A stretch of DNA of 39,588 nt from Desulfobacterales bacterium (GTDB lineage: Bacteria > Desulfobacterota > Desulfobacteria > Desulfobacterales > YD0425bin51): assembly GCA_015228685.1 (NCBI GenBank), contig JADGCY010000009.1, positions 1-39,588 of the forward strand, given 5' to 3'. The notes under the pieces are model-generated. The model was not told the origin of the DNA, searched no databases, and saw only the letters and a list, made by a program, of their open reading frames with translations. Position numbers and translations under genes: made by a program. Position 1 is the stretch's first letter; the number at the start of each line of letters is the position of its first letter. Below are positions 9,583 through 18,671 of the stretch, in pieces.

Positions 9583-12106
9583 TACTTACTCCTTGATTCT
9601 CCTTAATTCTCTCAAATAGTCCTCTCTGTTTATGTTTATAAGGACTCTCCTTCTTTTTAATATTATAATCAACAGCCTGGTTGTTACTTTCAATTTTTTC
9701 TAAAATATTTTTTGCTCTTTCAATTACAGGTTCAGGAACCCCAGCAAGCCTTGCTACTTGAATACCGTAGCTTCTATTTGTACTTCCTTCAACTAATTTA
9801 CGTAAAAAAATAATCCTATCATTTACTTCTTTAACCAGAATATTAAGATTTTTGCATTTTGGTTTTAGTTTTGAAAGCTCTGTTAACTCATGGTAGTGCG
9901 TTGCAAAAAGAGTCTTTATCCCTGTTCCGTGTAAGTCATGTAAATATTCAGCAACAGCCCATGCAATGCTGAGTCCGTCAAATGTGCTTGTTCCTCGCCC
10001 TATCTCATCCATTATTATAAGGCTTTTGGAAGAAGCATTATTCAAAATATTAGCTGTTTCCTGCATTTCAACCATAAATGTGCTTTGTCCCTGAGATAAA
10101 TTATCTAATGCTCCAACTCTTGTAAAAATTCTATCAATAATAGTTATTGAAGCCTTTGAAGCTGGAATAAAAGAACCTATCTGAGCCATTAGAACAATTG
10201 CTGCAACTTGACGCAAAACAGTTGACTTACCAGCCATATTTGGTCCTGTTATAATTAGTATCTGATTTTCTATATCATCAAGCTTTATAGTATTTGGAAC
10301 AAATCTTTCTCCAGTCAGAATTTGCTCTATAACTGGGTGTCTCCCGTCTTCAATATAAATAATACCATCTGTAGTAATATTGGGTCTACAGAAATTATTT
10401 TGACTGGCAACTTCTGCTAAACTTAGAATTACATCAATTTGTGATAGAAATTTTGCAGCTTCGTAAATAGTATTTGTGAATATATTAATTTTTTCTCTAA
10501 GCTCATTAAATAAATGATATTCTAGAGAATTTCTCTTTTCTTCTGAATTAATTATTTTATCTTCAAATGATTTTAATTCTTCAGTAATAAATCTTTCAGC
10601 ATTAGCTAGTGTTTGCTTTCGGATATAATTTGGAGGAACATTCTCAGATTTTGCTTTGGGGATTTCGATATAATAGCCAAAAACTTTATTATATCGTACT
10701 TTCAGTGAATTTATTTTTGTTTTTTCTTTTTCAATAGTTTCTAAATTAGCAAGCCATCCTTTACCATCTCGTGAAATTTGAATTAATTCATCTAAATCCT
10801 TATCATACTCATTTTTTATAATATTACCTTCGTTTATTGTCATTGGAGCATCTTCACGTATAGCTGATTCAATAAGTATTGCTATATTATTTAAGGATTC
10901 AAGATCAATTGTTAAATTGTAAAAATTAGATTCAAATTGTGAAAGATATCCAAATATTTCTGGAAGTTTTAATAGAGATGTCTTTAAAGCAAGCAGATCT
11001 CTAGCATTTGCATGTTTCATTGAAATTTTGCTATTAATACGTTCCAAATCCTGAATTGATTTTAGAGATTCTCTTATATTGTTTCTTAAATTTTGCTTTT
11101 TTATACCTTCATAAACAGCATCTAATCTCTCATTAATTTTTTTTATATTTAGAAGAGGATATTTAAGCCAGCTTATAATTAATCTGCTCCCCATTGAGGT
11201 AATTGTTTTATCAATTGAACTTATAAGTGTTCCTTGTTTTGATCCAGTTTTTAAGTTTTTAAAAAGTTCTAAATTTCTAGAACTTGAATCATCAACTAAA
11301 AGATATTCTCCAAGTAAATATGTTTCTATTTTTGATATGTGACCTACTTTTTGTTTTTGTGTATCTTTTATATAATTTAATATTGCTCCAGCAGCAGAAA
11401 TCCCAGCTTTAAAATCCTCTAAACCAAATCCTTCTAAAGAAATGGTATTAAATTGTTCAATTAATGTATCTCTAGATTTTTTTAAATCAAAAATTTCATC
11501 TCCTAAAAAAGTTATATATTGTTCAGGAAAAGCCTTTAAAAATTGAGAGAAAATTGAATTTTTAGGTGATGAATTTGGCAAAACTATTTCTTTGGGATCT
11601 ATCCTAACCACTTCTTCTATAATAGCGTTAAGGTCTTGTGATTCAGTTACTTTAAAAGTTCCTGTTGAGATATCTAAATATGATAGTCCACACTTTTTAC
11701 GGTCTATTGATAGACTTAAAATATAATTATTAGATTTGTCCTCTAAAAAATTATTATCAATAATTATACCTGGGGTTATAACACGTACAACATCTCTTTT
11801 GACTATTCCTTTAGCAAATGAGGGATCCTCAACTTGATCACAAACTGCTACTTTATGACCTTGTTCGATTAATTTTGCTATATAATTGGATGCAGCTCTA
11901 AAGGGGACACCACACATGGGAACAGGAGGATCCTCATATTTATTTCTAGATGTTAAAGTTATTTGCAGAGCGCGTGAAGCTATTTCTGCATCTTTAAGAA
12001 ACATCTCATAAAAATCTCCAACTCTATAAAACAAAATAGCATCTTTATTTTTCTCTTTTATTGAAAGATACTGCTTCATTAGTGGAGTTTCTTTTATAGA
12101 ATTCAT
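9572..12106 (-). CDS. mutS: DNA mismatch repair protein MutS
   Basis: Has the MutS N-terminal mismatch-binding region, a Walker A motif (GPNMAGKST), the DEIGRGTST motif and an HTH-like segment. Length is 844 aa. Confidence 0.9.
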   Translation of the reverse strand: MNSIKETPLMKQYLSIKEKNKDAILFYRVGDFYEMFLKDAEIASRALQITLTSRNKYEDPPVPMCGVPFRAASNYIAKLIEQGHKVAVCDQVEDPSFAKGIVKRDVVRVITPGIIIDNNFLEDKSNNYILSLSIDRKKCGLSYLDISTGTFKVTESQDLNAIIEEVVRIDPKEIVLPNSSPKNSIFSQFLKAFPEQYITFLGDEIFDLKKSRDTLIEQFNTISLEGFGLEDFKAGISAAGAILNYIKDTQKQKVGHISKIETYLLGEYLLVDDSSSRNLELFKNLKTGSKQGTLISSIDKTITSMGSRLIISWLKYPLLNIKKINERLDAVYEGIKKQNLRNNIRESLKSIQDLERINSKISMKHANARDLLALKTSLLKLPEIFGYLSQFESNFYNLTIDLESLNNIAILIESAIREDAPMTINEGNIIKNEYDKDLDELIQISRDGKGWLANLETIEKEKTKINSLKVRYNKVFGYYIEIPKAKSENVPPNYIRKQTLANAERFITEELKSFEDKIINSEEKRNSLEYHLFNELREKINIFTNTIYEAAKFLSQIDVILSLAEVASQNNFCRPNITTDGIIYIEDGRHPVIEQILTGERFVPNTIKLDDIENQILIITGPNMAGKSTVLRQVAAIVLMAQIGSFIPASKASITIIDRIFTRVGALDNLSQGQSTFMVEMQETANILNNASSKSLIIMDEIGRGTSTFDGLSIAWAVAEYLHDLHGTGIKTLFATHYHELTELSKLKPKCKNLNILVKEVNDRIIFLRKLVEGSTNRSYGIQVARLAGVPEPVIERAKNILEKIESNNQAVDYNIKKKESPYKHKQRGLFERIKENQGVSSEI

Positions 12107-12110
12107 ATCG

Positions 12111-12485
12111 CTATTGTTGAGGTTCTAATGTTGTCGTATCAGCTTCTATAACCTGTGTACTAGAAGGATTTGATGATAATCTTTCTAATTCTCTTTTTAA
12201 GTCAGCTATTGTTTGTTCGTAATGAGCAATGTCTGCAGTAAATTTTTTAATAGCTTTTTTTGCTCTAAATCGTTCTAAAAGACTTGCAAAATATGAAAAT
12301 AAAACTCCAAAAATAAAAACTCCGAAGAAATGAACAGCAGTTGGAAGTAATGGAGTTTTATATTGTAAAAACATTAAATCTATCCCGATGCTTTCTTTTG
12401 ATAAAAAAAATTCCTGATTTTGAAAAAACATTATTCCAACAAGAACTAATAATATTGTCCAAGAAACAAATTTTATCTTTCTCAT
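12111..12485 (-). CDS. Small inner-membrane protein, LapA/DUF1049-like
   Basis: Two TM helices flank a QNQ segment and are followed by a C-terminal coiled coil, as in LapA/YciS. No catalytic motif. Confidence 0.35.
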   Translation of the reverse strand: MRKIKFVSWTILLVLVGIMFFQNQEFFLSKESIGIDLMFLQYKTPLLPTAVHFFGVFIFGVLFSYFASLLERFRAKKAIKKFTADIAHYEQTIADLKRELERLSSNPSSTQVIEADTTTLEPQQ

Positions 12486-12986
12486 TTATTTTAATTCTCC
12501 TTTTTCATTTAAATTGTCAAAGTGTCCTTTTAAATTATTGTAAGTTGCTTTTATATGTTCTGGAATTACTCTTATATCAGCAAATACACTAAGAGCATTT
12601 ACATCTCCAAACCATCTAGGAACAATATGAAAATGAATATGCTCTTCTATTCCTGCTCCAGCAACTCTTCCAAGATTAAGTCCAACGTTAAAACCATCAG
12701 GTTTCATTACTTTTTTTAATATTTGAATAGATTTTTCAACCATTGAAAGTAAAGATAGCATTTCATTGCTTTCAAGTTCTGAAAGAGAAGAAGTATGCTT
12801 TACAGGTGAAACAAGTAGATGTCCATTGTTGTATGGAAATTTATTCATTATAACAGTGGTTAGATTACCTTTATGAAGAGTAAGATTATCATCTTCTGAC
12901 AAAGCCTTGCAAAAAACACATCCTTTTCCTTTTTGATCATTATCTAAGATATATTCAATCCGCCAAGGCGCCCACATTGTTTTCAC
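12486..12986 (-). CDS. HIT-family (histidine triad) nucleotide hydrolase/transferase
   Basis: Histidine triad HIHFHIVPR, plus an N-terminal WAPWR and CxFC motif typical of a HIT subfamily. Confidence 0.75.
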   Translation of the reverse strand: MKTMWAPWRIEYILDNDQKGKGCVFCKALSEDDNLTLHKGNLTTVIMNKFPYNNGHLLVSPVKHTSSLSELESNEMLSLLSMVEKSIQILKKVMKPDGFNVGLNLGRVAGAGIEEHIHFHIVPRWFGDVNALSVFADIRVIPEHIKATYNNLKGHFDNLNEKGELK

Positions 12987-13071
12987 AGTAATGCTCCTTT
13001 AATATAATATATAACGTTAATATTAAAATAAATTCTTTAACCTTTTCAAATTTAAAACTCAAATCTTTTTT

Positions 13072-13800
13072 TTAAATTGGAACAATCTCTAAATCTCCCC
13101 ATGCTCCTAGTTTATCATCTATTATAATAACTATTCCTATTATCCCATTAATATTTTTACCTGATCTTATAGCTTTATCTATATCTTTTTTTGATTTAAC
13201 CATATTACCAATTGCAGTAGCACAAGAATCAGCAAGAGAACATGAATGAGATACTACGCATACAGCATCAGCCTTTCCAAAACTTAAAGATGGTCCAACC
13301 TTTCCTGATGATGTACAAACTGCCATAGGTTTGTTAATTGAATTGATTTTAAGTCCTATATGCAGACTAAGTGGTGAATCTCCAGCAAAAATTCCTACAG
13401 TTGCTGGATTGTCTAATTTAAGGAATATATCTCCGCCATTTTCAACAATAACTTGAGGGCTGTAGGGAAGAATGCCATAGCCAACATGTTCAGCAATTGC
13501 TCCTGCAACAGATGCCATAGGGCCTACTCCTGCTTTTTTTGATGATTCTGACATTTCAGAAACAATAATGTGAACAGGTTCATTTATTTCCCATGGGACA
13601 AGGGTTTTAGCAAAGGATGGGTATCTTTTTATATAATTTTCTAAATACCCTCTATATTCTAATACCAGTTCTCTAGTTATATCTTCAAGTGGAATTATGG
13701 AATGGACATGCAAATCAGTTTCTTTTACAACAACTCTATACTTTATAAGGTCATTTTTTTTTATTAAATTGCGATATGTACGTTCTTTATATTTCTCCAT
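13072..13800 (-). CDS. UPF0280-family (ApbE-like fold) protein
   Basis: Sequence pattern YRVVVKETDLHV...VGPMASVAGAIAEHVG...ENGGDIF is reminiscent of the UPF0280/ApbE-like family. Overlaps the upstream ATP-grasp gene by 14 bp. Confidence 0.45.
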   Translation of the reverse strand: MEKYKERTYRNLIKKNDLIKYRVVVKETDLHVHSIIPLEDITRELVLEYRGYLENYIKRYPSFAKTLVPWEINEPVHIIVSEMSESSKKAGVGPMASVAGAIAEHVGYGILPYSPQVIVENGGDIFLKLDNPATVGIFAGDSPLSLHIGLKINSINKPMAVCTSSGKVGPSLSFGKADAVCVVSHSCSLADSCATAIGNMVKSKKDIDKAIRSGKNINGIIGIVIIIDDKLGAWGDLEIVPI

Positions 13801-14569
13801 TTTTAATAAGACTATCCATGAGGTTTATATAATCTATTCCAAGTTTTTTTAATCCTTCATGCCCATATTTCATATTTGCTTCTATTACATAAGCTTTATC
13901 TTTATAAATACATATATCTATTCCCACATCATTCCAATTAGTTTTTTTTGCTGTATATAAAGCAAGCTCATTAACACTTTGAGGTATAGGATCAAAACTG
14001 ATTTTTCCACCAAGCGATACATTTGTCCGAAACTCATTGTTTTGTGCTATTCTCCAGTAAGAACAAATGATTTTTTCCCCAATTATCAAAACTCTTATAT
14101 CTCGATTAATTGGTAAATATTCTTGAATATATGCAACATGAGTTTTGGATAGATAAATATATAAATCATCATAATTTTTAATAAGAAAGACACCTGCTCC
14201 TTTTGCTGATCCCCGTGCAATTTTAGCTATAAAAGGAAATTCAAAGTAATCAGTAATTTTTTTTTTTTGTTTTGTGCCATAAAAAATTTTTGTTCTTGGA
14301 TGAGGGATATCAAGTAATTCAAATAAAGCTGTTTGTTTAATTTTATCCTGTGCATAAGCATAATTGCTATAACTCGGGAAAATATTTTTTCCCATTGTAT
14401 TAAACAACTCACCATAAAGGCTTGTTGGATAATATATTTTACTAGCTGATTTTATAAGAAAAGATATTTCCTGTGGGTAGTCAGATAAATTGGGAAAAAC
14501 CCCAACTGTTATAACATTTTTACATTTCCTAAGTCTTGAACCTAAAGCAATTACATTATTTTGCATCAT
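13787..14569 (-). CDS. ATP-grasp domain protein (RimK/MptN-like ligase)
   Basis: ATP-grasp core pattern FPFIAKIARGSAKGAGVFLIKN...AYIQEYL...RDIRVLIIGEKI...EFRTNVSLGG...VGIDICIY...YVIEAN. Confidence 0.6.
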   Translation of the reverse strand: MMQNNVIALGSRLRKCKNVITVGVFPNLSDYPQEISFLIKSASKIYYPTSLYGELFNTMGKNIFPSYSNYAYAQDKIKQTALFELLDIPHPRTKIFYGTKQKKKITDYFEFPFIAKIARGSAKGAGVFLIKNYDDLYIYLSKTHVAYIQEYLPINRDIRVLIIGEKIICSYWRIAQNNEFRTNVSLGGKISFDPIPQSVNELALYTAKKTNWNDVGIDICIYKDKAYVIEANMKYGHEGLKKLGIDYINLMDSLIKNGEI

Positions 14570-15330
14570 TGCATAGGATCTATAATAAATTTGAGTGGTG
14601 ATACATAAACATTTGTCCAGTGTTTTTCTATTTGAAAATCAACACTTGTATCTTTTTTATTTGAAAAAACTATTTTTTTTGGAATTAAAAAACCTGCTTC
14701 ATCATTATTATAATCAAATAAAGCTTCATATAATAATGAACCTGTTAAATCAAAGACTTCAACTTTTTCTACATTTTGCATATCTTTAGAAAAATAAATT
14801 TTTTCTATTATATTTCCAAGCAGCCCTTTTAAAATAATCATATTATTATCTTTTGATATGCTGATTGAGCTATATTTTGGAATATAGATATGGCCTGATA
14901 AATATAAAATAATTTCATTAAGTTTGATCGGCAGAGAAATAATTCTTTTTAAGTTTGAATTTTTCGATGGATTTTTATAATATTTTTGTTCTATATGATT
15001 TACGGCATATAGCCATTCTCCATCATCAGCTAGACTCATGGCAGTTTGACCTGCAATTGGAAATATTTCAAATCTAATTTTGCTTGGAATTTCTGCTATC
15101 CATGCACAACGACTACTTTGAGACTTTCCTGAACTAAATAGCTTTATTTTCCCTAGCCCTTTAAGAGTTTTTAAATTTTCATTTCGAGTGTTCAGTTTTT
15201 TAATAAGTTCTTCAGCTTCTAACTTATCATGGGTTACTTGAGGGCTTGGAGGCCTTTTTATTATTGAGCATCCAAAAAAAAATACAGAAAAACAAATCAT
15301 TGCGGCTATTATACTTATATAAGTTTTCAT
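14566..15330 (-). CDS. Lipoprotein, DUF4292/LolB-like
   Basis: Lipobox-like signal (FFFGCSI). The position downstream of a TPR protein is typical for DUF4292. Start/stop overlap with both neighbours. Confidence 0.4.
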   Translation of the reverse strand: MKTYISIIAAMICFSVFFFGCSIIKRPPSPQVTHDKLEAEELIKKLNTRNENLKTLKGLGKIKLFSSGKSQSSRCAWIAEIPSKIRFEIFPIAGQTAMSLADDGEWLYAVNHIEQKYYKNPSKNSNLKRIISLPIKLNEIILYLSGHIYIPKYSSISISKDNNMIILKGLLGNIIEKIYFSKDMQNVEKVEVFDLTGSLLYEALFDYNNDEAGFLIPKKIVFSNKKDTSVDFQIEKHWTNVYVSPLKFIIDPMQ

Positions 15331-17030
15331 TTATTTGTTAGTTCCTTTATTTTTTTTAGCATACTTTCTTTTTCTTTATCTTTTTTTTTAGGTAAAGACT
15401 GATTATACAATTTTAATGCCTTATCTTTGTTACCCATTTTAAAATAAACGTCTCCCAAGTGTTCTAAAAGCGTGGGATCATCAGGAGCAAGACTTACAGC
15501 TTTTTCTAAATTTTTTAATGCTGCTTTCATGTTACCTTGCTTAAAGTAAACCCACCCTAAACTGTCCGTAATATATGCATCATCAGGTTTGTATTGTAAT
15601 GCTGCTTTAATTAGTTTTTCTGCTTCATACAGATTTTCTCCTAAATCAGCATATGTATAACCAAGATAATTCAAAGCATCAGGATTTTTAGGATCAAGCT
15701 GTATAACTTTTTTCATCTGTTCTATACATTTTTCTTTTTTACCTGCTTTATCATAAATAACGCCTAACTGAAAATTAATATCAATATGATTAGGATCAAA
15801 TTTTAGCCCTTCTTTTAAAATTTTTTCAGCTTCATTGTATGATTCAGTATCTATATAAATTAAGGATAGATAAATAAAAAGATTTAAATTGGGTTTTCCT
15901 CTAGATTCAGAAATAGCACTTTTAAGTAAAGAAATAGCGTAAGTTAGTTTCCCTTCCTCTTTATAAGTTAAAGCTAAAAATGTAGCCGCATTTTCATAAA
16001 ATCTTGTTCCAGGTCTTACTTTTTTAAAATATGTTATTGCTAATTTCGGTTTTTTTAGTTCCTCATAAACAATACCTGTAATATAATTTATCTCAGAATT
16101 GTCAGGTAAAGTTTTTAGCATACCTTCAAGAACTATTAAAGCGTTATCATATGTTTTGCTTTCAACGTAAAGTTGTACAATTATTTTTAATATTTCAGGA
16201 TCAGATATACTTCTTTTGGCAAGAATATCAAATATTTCATAAGCTTTTTTAAGTATTTTTTCTTTATGATAATAAACAGATAGCTCAAGCATAGGAATAA
16301 TACTATTATTATCTCTACTCAATATATCGAGATAACCTTCAATCACTTTTTTATTATTCTTTTCAATTTTATATATTCTTATCAGTTCATATTTTGATTG
16401 TAGAAAAGATGGCTCTATGTCTAAACTTTTTTTTAGATTTTTTTCAGCATCTTTTAATTCTTTGTTATCAATTAAAATTTTTCCTATTAAAAAATAAGCT
16501 ATATAGGAATTTGGGAAATATTTAATCATTTGCCGATATAAATTTAAAGCTTTTTTTTCTTCATTTTGCTGCAGATATAAGTCACCTAAGAGCAAATAAG
16601 CATTTTGTTGGTTTGGATCTTTTTTCAAAACTTGTTCGTATATTCTTTTTGCTTCTTTTTCATTGTTTACAGATTGTTTTATTCTTCCGTAAAGAAATAA
16701 TGCTTCAATATCATCAGGGTTTTTTTCATTAATATCTTGGGTAATCTTTAAAGCAGAATTATAATCTCGTTTTTGTAAATAAAGAGATATTACTTCTTTT
16801 TTCAAAAATAAAGATTCATTATCAAGCTCAAGAGCTTTTTGCATATAAATCAGAGATCTATCTATATTCCCTCTTTTTCTTTGAAGTTGTGCTTCTGTAA
16901 AGTAATAATATTTATTTTCCTTTGTAGGAGAGATATTTGTTGTTTGTGATAGAAATTTATTTTGTTGCAATGGGCATCCTATACAAAGTAATGAAATAAA
17001 AACAGTAAAAAAAAGTAAAAATTTTTTCAT
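15327..17030 (-). CDS. Secreted tetratricopeptide-repeat (TPR) protein
   Basis: Signal peptide followed by more than 10 TPR-like 34-aa repeats (A..Y.lG..y...g.y..A...y..al.l.P). Confidence 0.8.
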   Translation of the reverse strand: MKKFLLFFTVFISLLCIGCPLQQNKFLSQTTNISPTKENKYYYFTEAQLQRKRGNIDRSLIYMQKALELDNESLFLKKEVISLYLQKRDYNSALKITQDINEKNPDDIEALFLYGRIKQSVNNEKEAKRIYEQVLKKDPNQQNAYLLLGDLYLQQNEEKKALNLYRQMIKYFPNSYIAYFLIGKILIDNKELKDAEKNLKKSLDIEPSFLQSKYELIRIYKIEKNNKKVIEGYLDILSRDNNSIIPMLELSVYYHKEKILKKAYEIFDILAKRSISDPEILKIIVQLYVESKTYDNALIVLEGMLKTLPDNSEINYITGIVYEELKKPKLAITYFKKVRPGTRFYENAATFLALTYKEEGKLTYAISLLKSAISESRGKPNLNLFIYLSLIYIDTESYNEAEKILKEGLKFDPNHIDINFQLGVIYDKAGKKEKCIEQMKKVIQLDPKNPDALNYLGYTYADLGENLYEAEKLIKAALQYKPDDAYITDSLGWVYFKQGNMKAALKNLEKAVSLAPDDPTLLEHLGDVYFKMGNKDKALKLYNQSLPKKKDKEKESMLKKIKELTNK

Positions 17031-17057
17031 TAAATATTTCCTGGTATAAAAAGTTAA

Positions 17058-18026
17058 TTATTCAGAAAAAGTGCCATTATTATATAAATCAAAATCAGGT
17101 ATTTCCCGTTTAAAAAAATCGCGCATTTTATTTATTAAATTTTGTTCAATTTGACGCACTCTCTCTCTTGAAATTCCATATCGGTCTCCCATTTCTTGAA
17201 GTGTAATGGGATCATCTGAGAATACTCGCTGTTCAAACAATTCAATCTCTCTTTTAGTCAGCTTCTTTTTAAATTCATCAATTTTAGAGTAAAGAAGTTT
17301 ATCCATTTCTTTTTTAGCCATTTGGTCTTCAATTGATTTAGCATCTGTTGATAAAAATTCTATTCTCTCAGTGTCTGAATCTTCCTTCAGAGGAGCATCT
17401 AATGATATATCCCAGCTATCTAACCTTTGATCCATGTCAATGACTTCACGTTCAGGAACACCTAATCTCTCTGAAAGAAGCTTAGGTTTTGGATCAAATC
17501 CTTCTTCTATTAACTTTTGTTTTTCTTTTTTGAGTCTAAAAAAAAGTTTACGCTGTCCCTGAGTTGTTCCAATTTTTACAAGCCTCCAGTTATCCATAAT
17601 AAATTTAAGAATATAGGCTTTTATCCAGAATGAAGCATAATATGAAAATTTAACACCTTTATAGGGGTTAAATTTTTTAGCAGCTTGTATAAGGCCAATA
17701 TTTCCTTCTTGAATTAAATCTAGAAGGTTGTGCATCCAAACCTTTTGAAATTCCAAAGCTATTTTAACAACTAATCTAAGATTAGAAACAATTAAAGTAT
17801 AGGCTGCCTCCTTATCTTCATTTTCAAAAACGCTCATTGCAAGCTTGTTTTCTTGTTCTCTTGTAAGAAGTTTATAATTACTTATTTCAGATAGATAACG
17901 CTGTAGGGGATCATATTTAATAATTGCAGTTTCATATATTTTCTTTTCTGGCTGAATATAATTATAATCTTCATTTGATTCTAAAGCAGAATTGTTTTCC
18001 AAGTCATTGTTTCTATTTTTTTCCAT
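17058..18026 (-). CDS. rpoH: RNA polymerase sigma-32 (heat-shock sigma factor RpoH)
   Basis: Sigma-70 region 2 (IQEGNIGLIQAAKKF), an RpoH box (NWRLVKIGTTQGQRKLFFRLKK) and region 4 (LQEMGDRYGISRERVRQIEQNLINKMR). Confidence 0.75.
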   Translation of the reverse strand: MEKNRNNDLENNSALESNEDYNYIQPEKKIYETAIIKYDPLQRYLSEISNYKLLTREQENKLAMSVFENEDKEAAYTLIVSNLRLVVKIALEFQKVWMHNLLDLIQEGNIGLIQAAKKFNPYKGVKFSYYASFWIKAYILKFIMDNWRLVKIGTTQGQRKLFFRLKKEKQKLIEEGFDPKPKLLSERLGVPEREVIDMDQRLDSWDISLDAPLKEDSDTERIEFLSTDAKSIEDQMAKKEMDKLLYSKIDEFKKKLTKREIELFEQRVFSDDPITLQEMGDRYGISRERVRQIEQNLINKMRDFFKREIPDFDLYNNGTFSE

Positions 18027-18114
18027 GGGAATCTTTATTTATTTAATAAAATATTTATATTTTTTGTGGACAATTGTCAGAATATTTAGTAAATTAAATG
18101 TCAACATTATTTAA

Positions 18115-18188
<74 letters not shown>

Positions 18189-18201
18189 CTTACAAAATCA
18201 A

Positions 18202-18236
18202 GGGTTTACAGAATGTAATCTGTAAACCTTTTTTGC
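18202..18236 (+). terminator. Rho-independent terminator after tRNA-Arg
   Basis: 9-bp stem GGTTTACAG/CTGTAAACC with an 8-nt loop, followed by a TTTTTT run. Confidence 0.6.
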
Positions 18237-18671
18237 TTTAGACAATTTAATCCTGCCATAGCTCCAATTGTTTAGTAATAACATTATAATTATCTTTAAC
18301 TTTACATCATCAATTAAATTGTCTAACATATTTATTGTCCGCTATATTTTATACCCTACATATTTAACAATATCAACTTTAAAGATAGAAATAAATCCGA
18401 TAAACCATTATGTTGATCTAAATAGAAAGACCGGAAATTAGCTCTAAAAAAAGCCCCCAATAGAAAAATATGCAGTAGTTTCCTATTTTTTGTATTGGGG
18501 GCTTTTACATAAAAAAAATTAAAGATAATTTTTTTTTAATTTGCTATATATACTATCATGAGCATAAATTATAGCTGAAGAAGCATATTGAAAATAGAAA
18601 TCAAAAAGCTTTAAAAATAAAACAGGTGAATGGGCACATATAAGTTAAATTGGAAAATAAGGAGGTTTTTT

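Noticed and set aside
14227-14415. 62-aa minus-strand ORF inside the ATP-grasp gene
   Set aside because: It is embedded in the 13787-14569 ATP-grasp CDS on the same strand in another frame. There is no independent support.
18027-18114. Divergent promoter elements for rpoH and tRNA-Arg
   Set aside because: AT-rich sequence gives several weak -10-like hexamers (for example CATTAT at 18100-18105), but no convincing -35/-10 pair with proper spacing could be assigned by eye.
18520-18660. Sigma-70 or sigma-54 promoter for the acquired cassette (TTGCTA at 18541)
   Set aside because: The TTGCTA/TATACT spacing is wrong for sigma-70, and no GG-N10-GC sigma-54 element is present. It is left unannotated.
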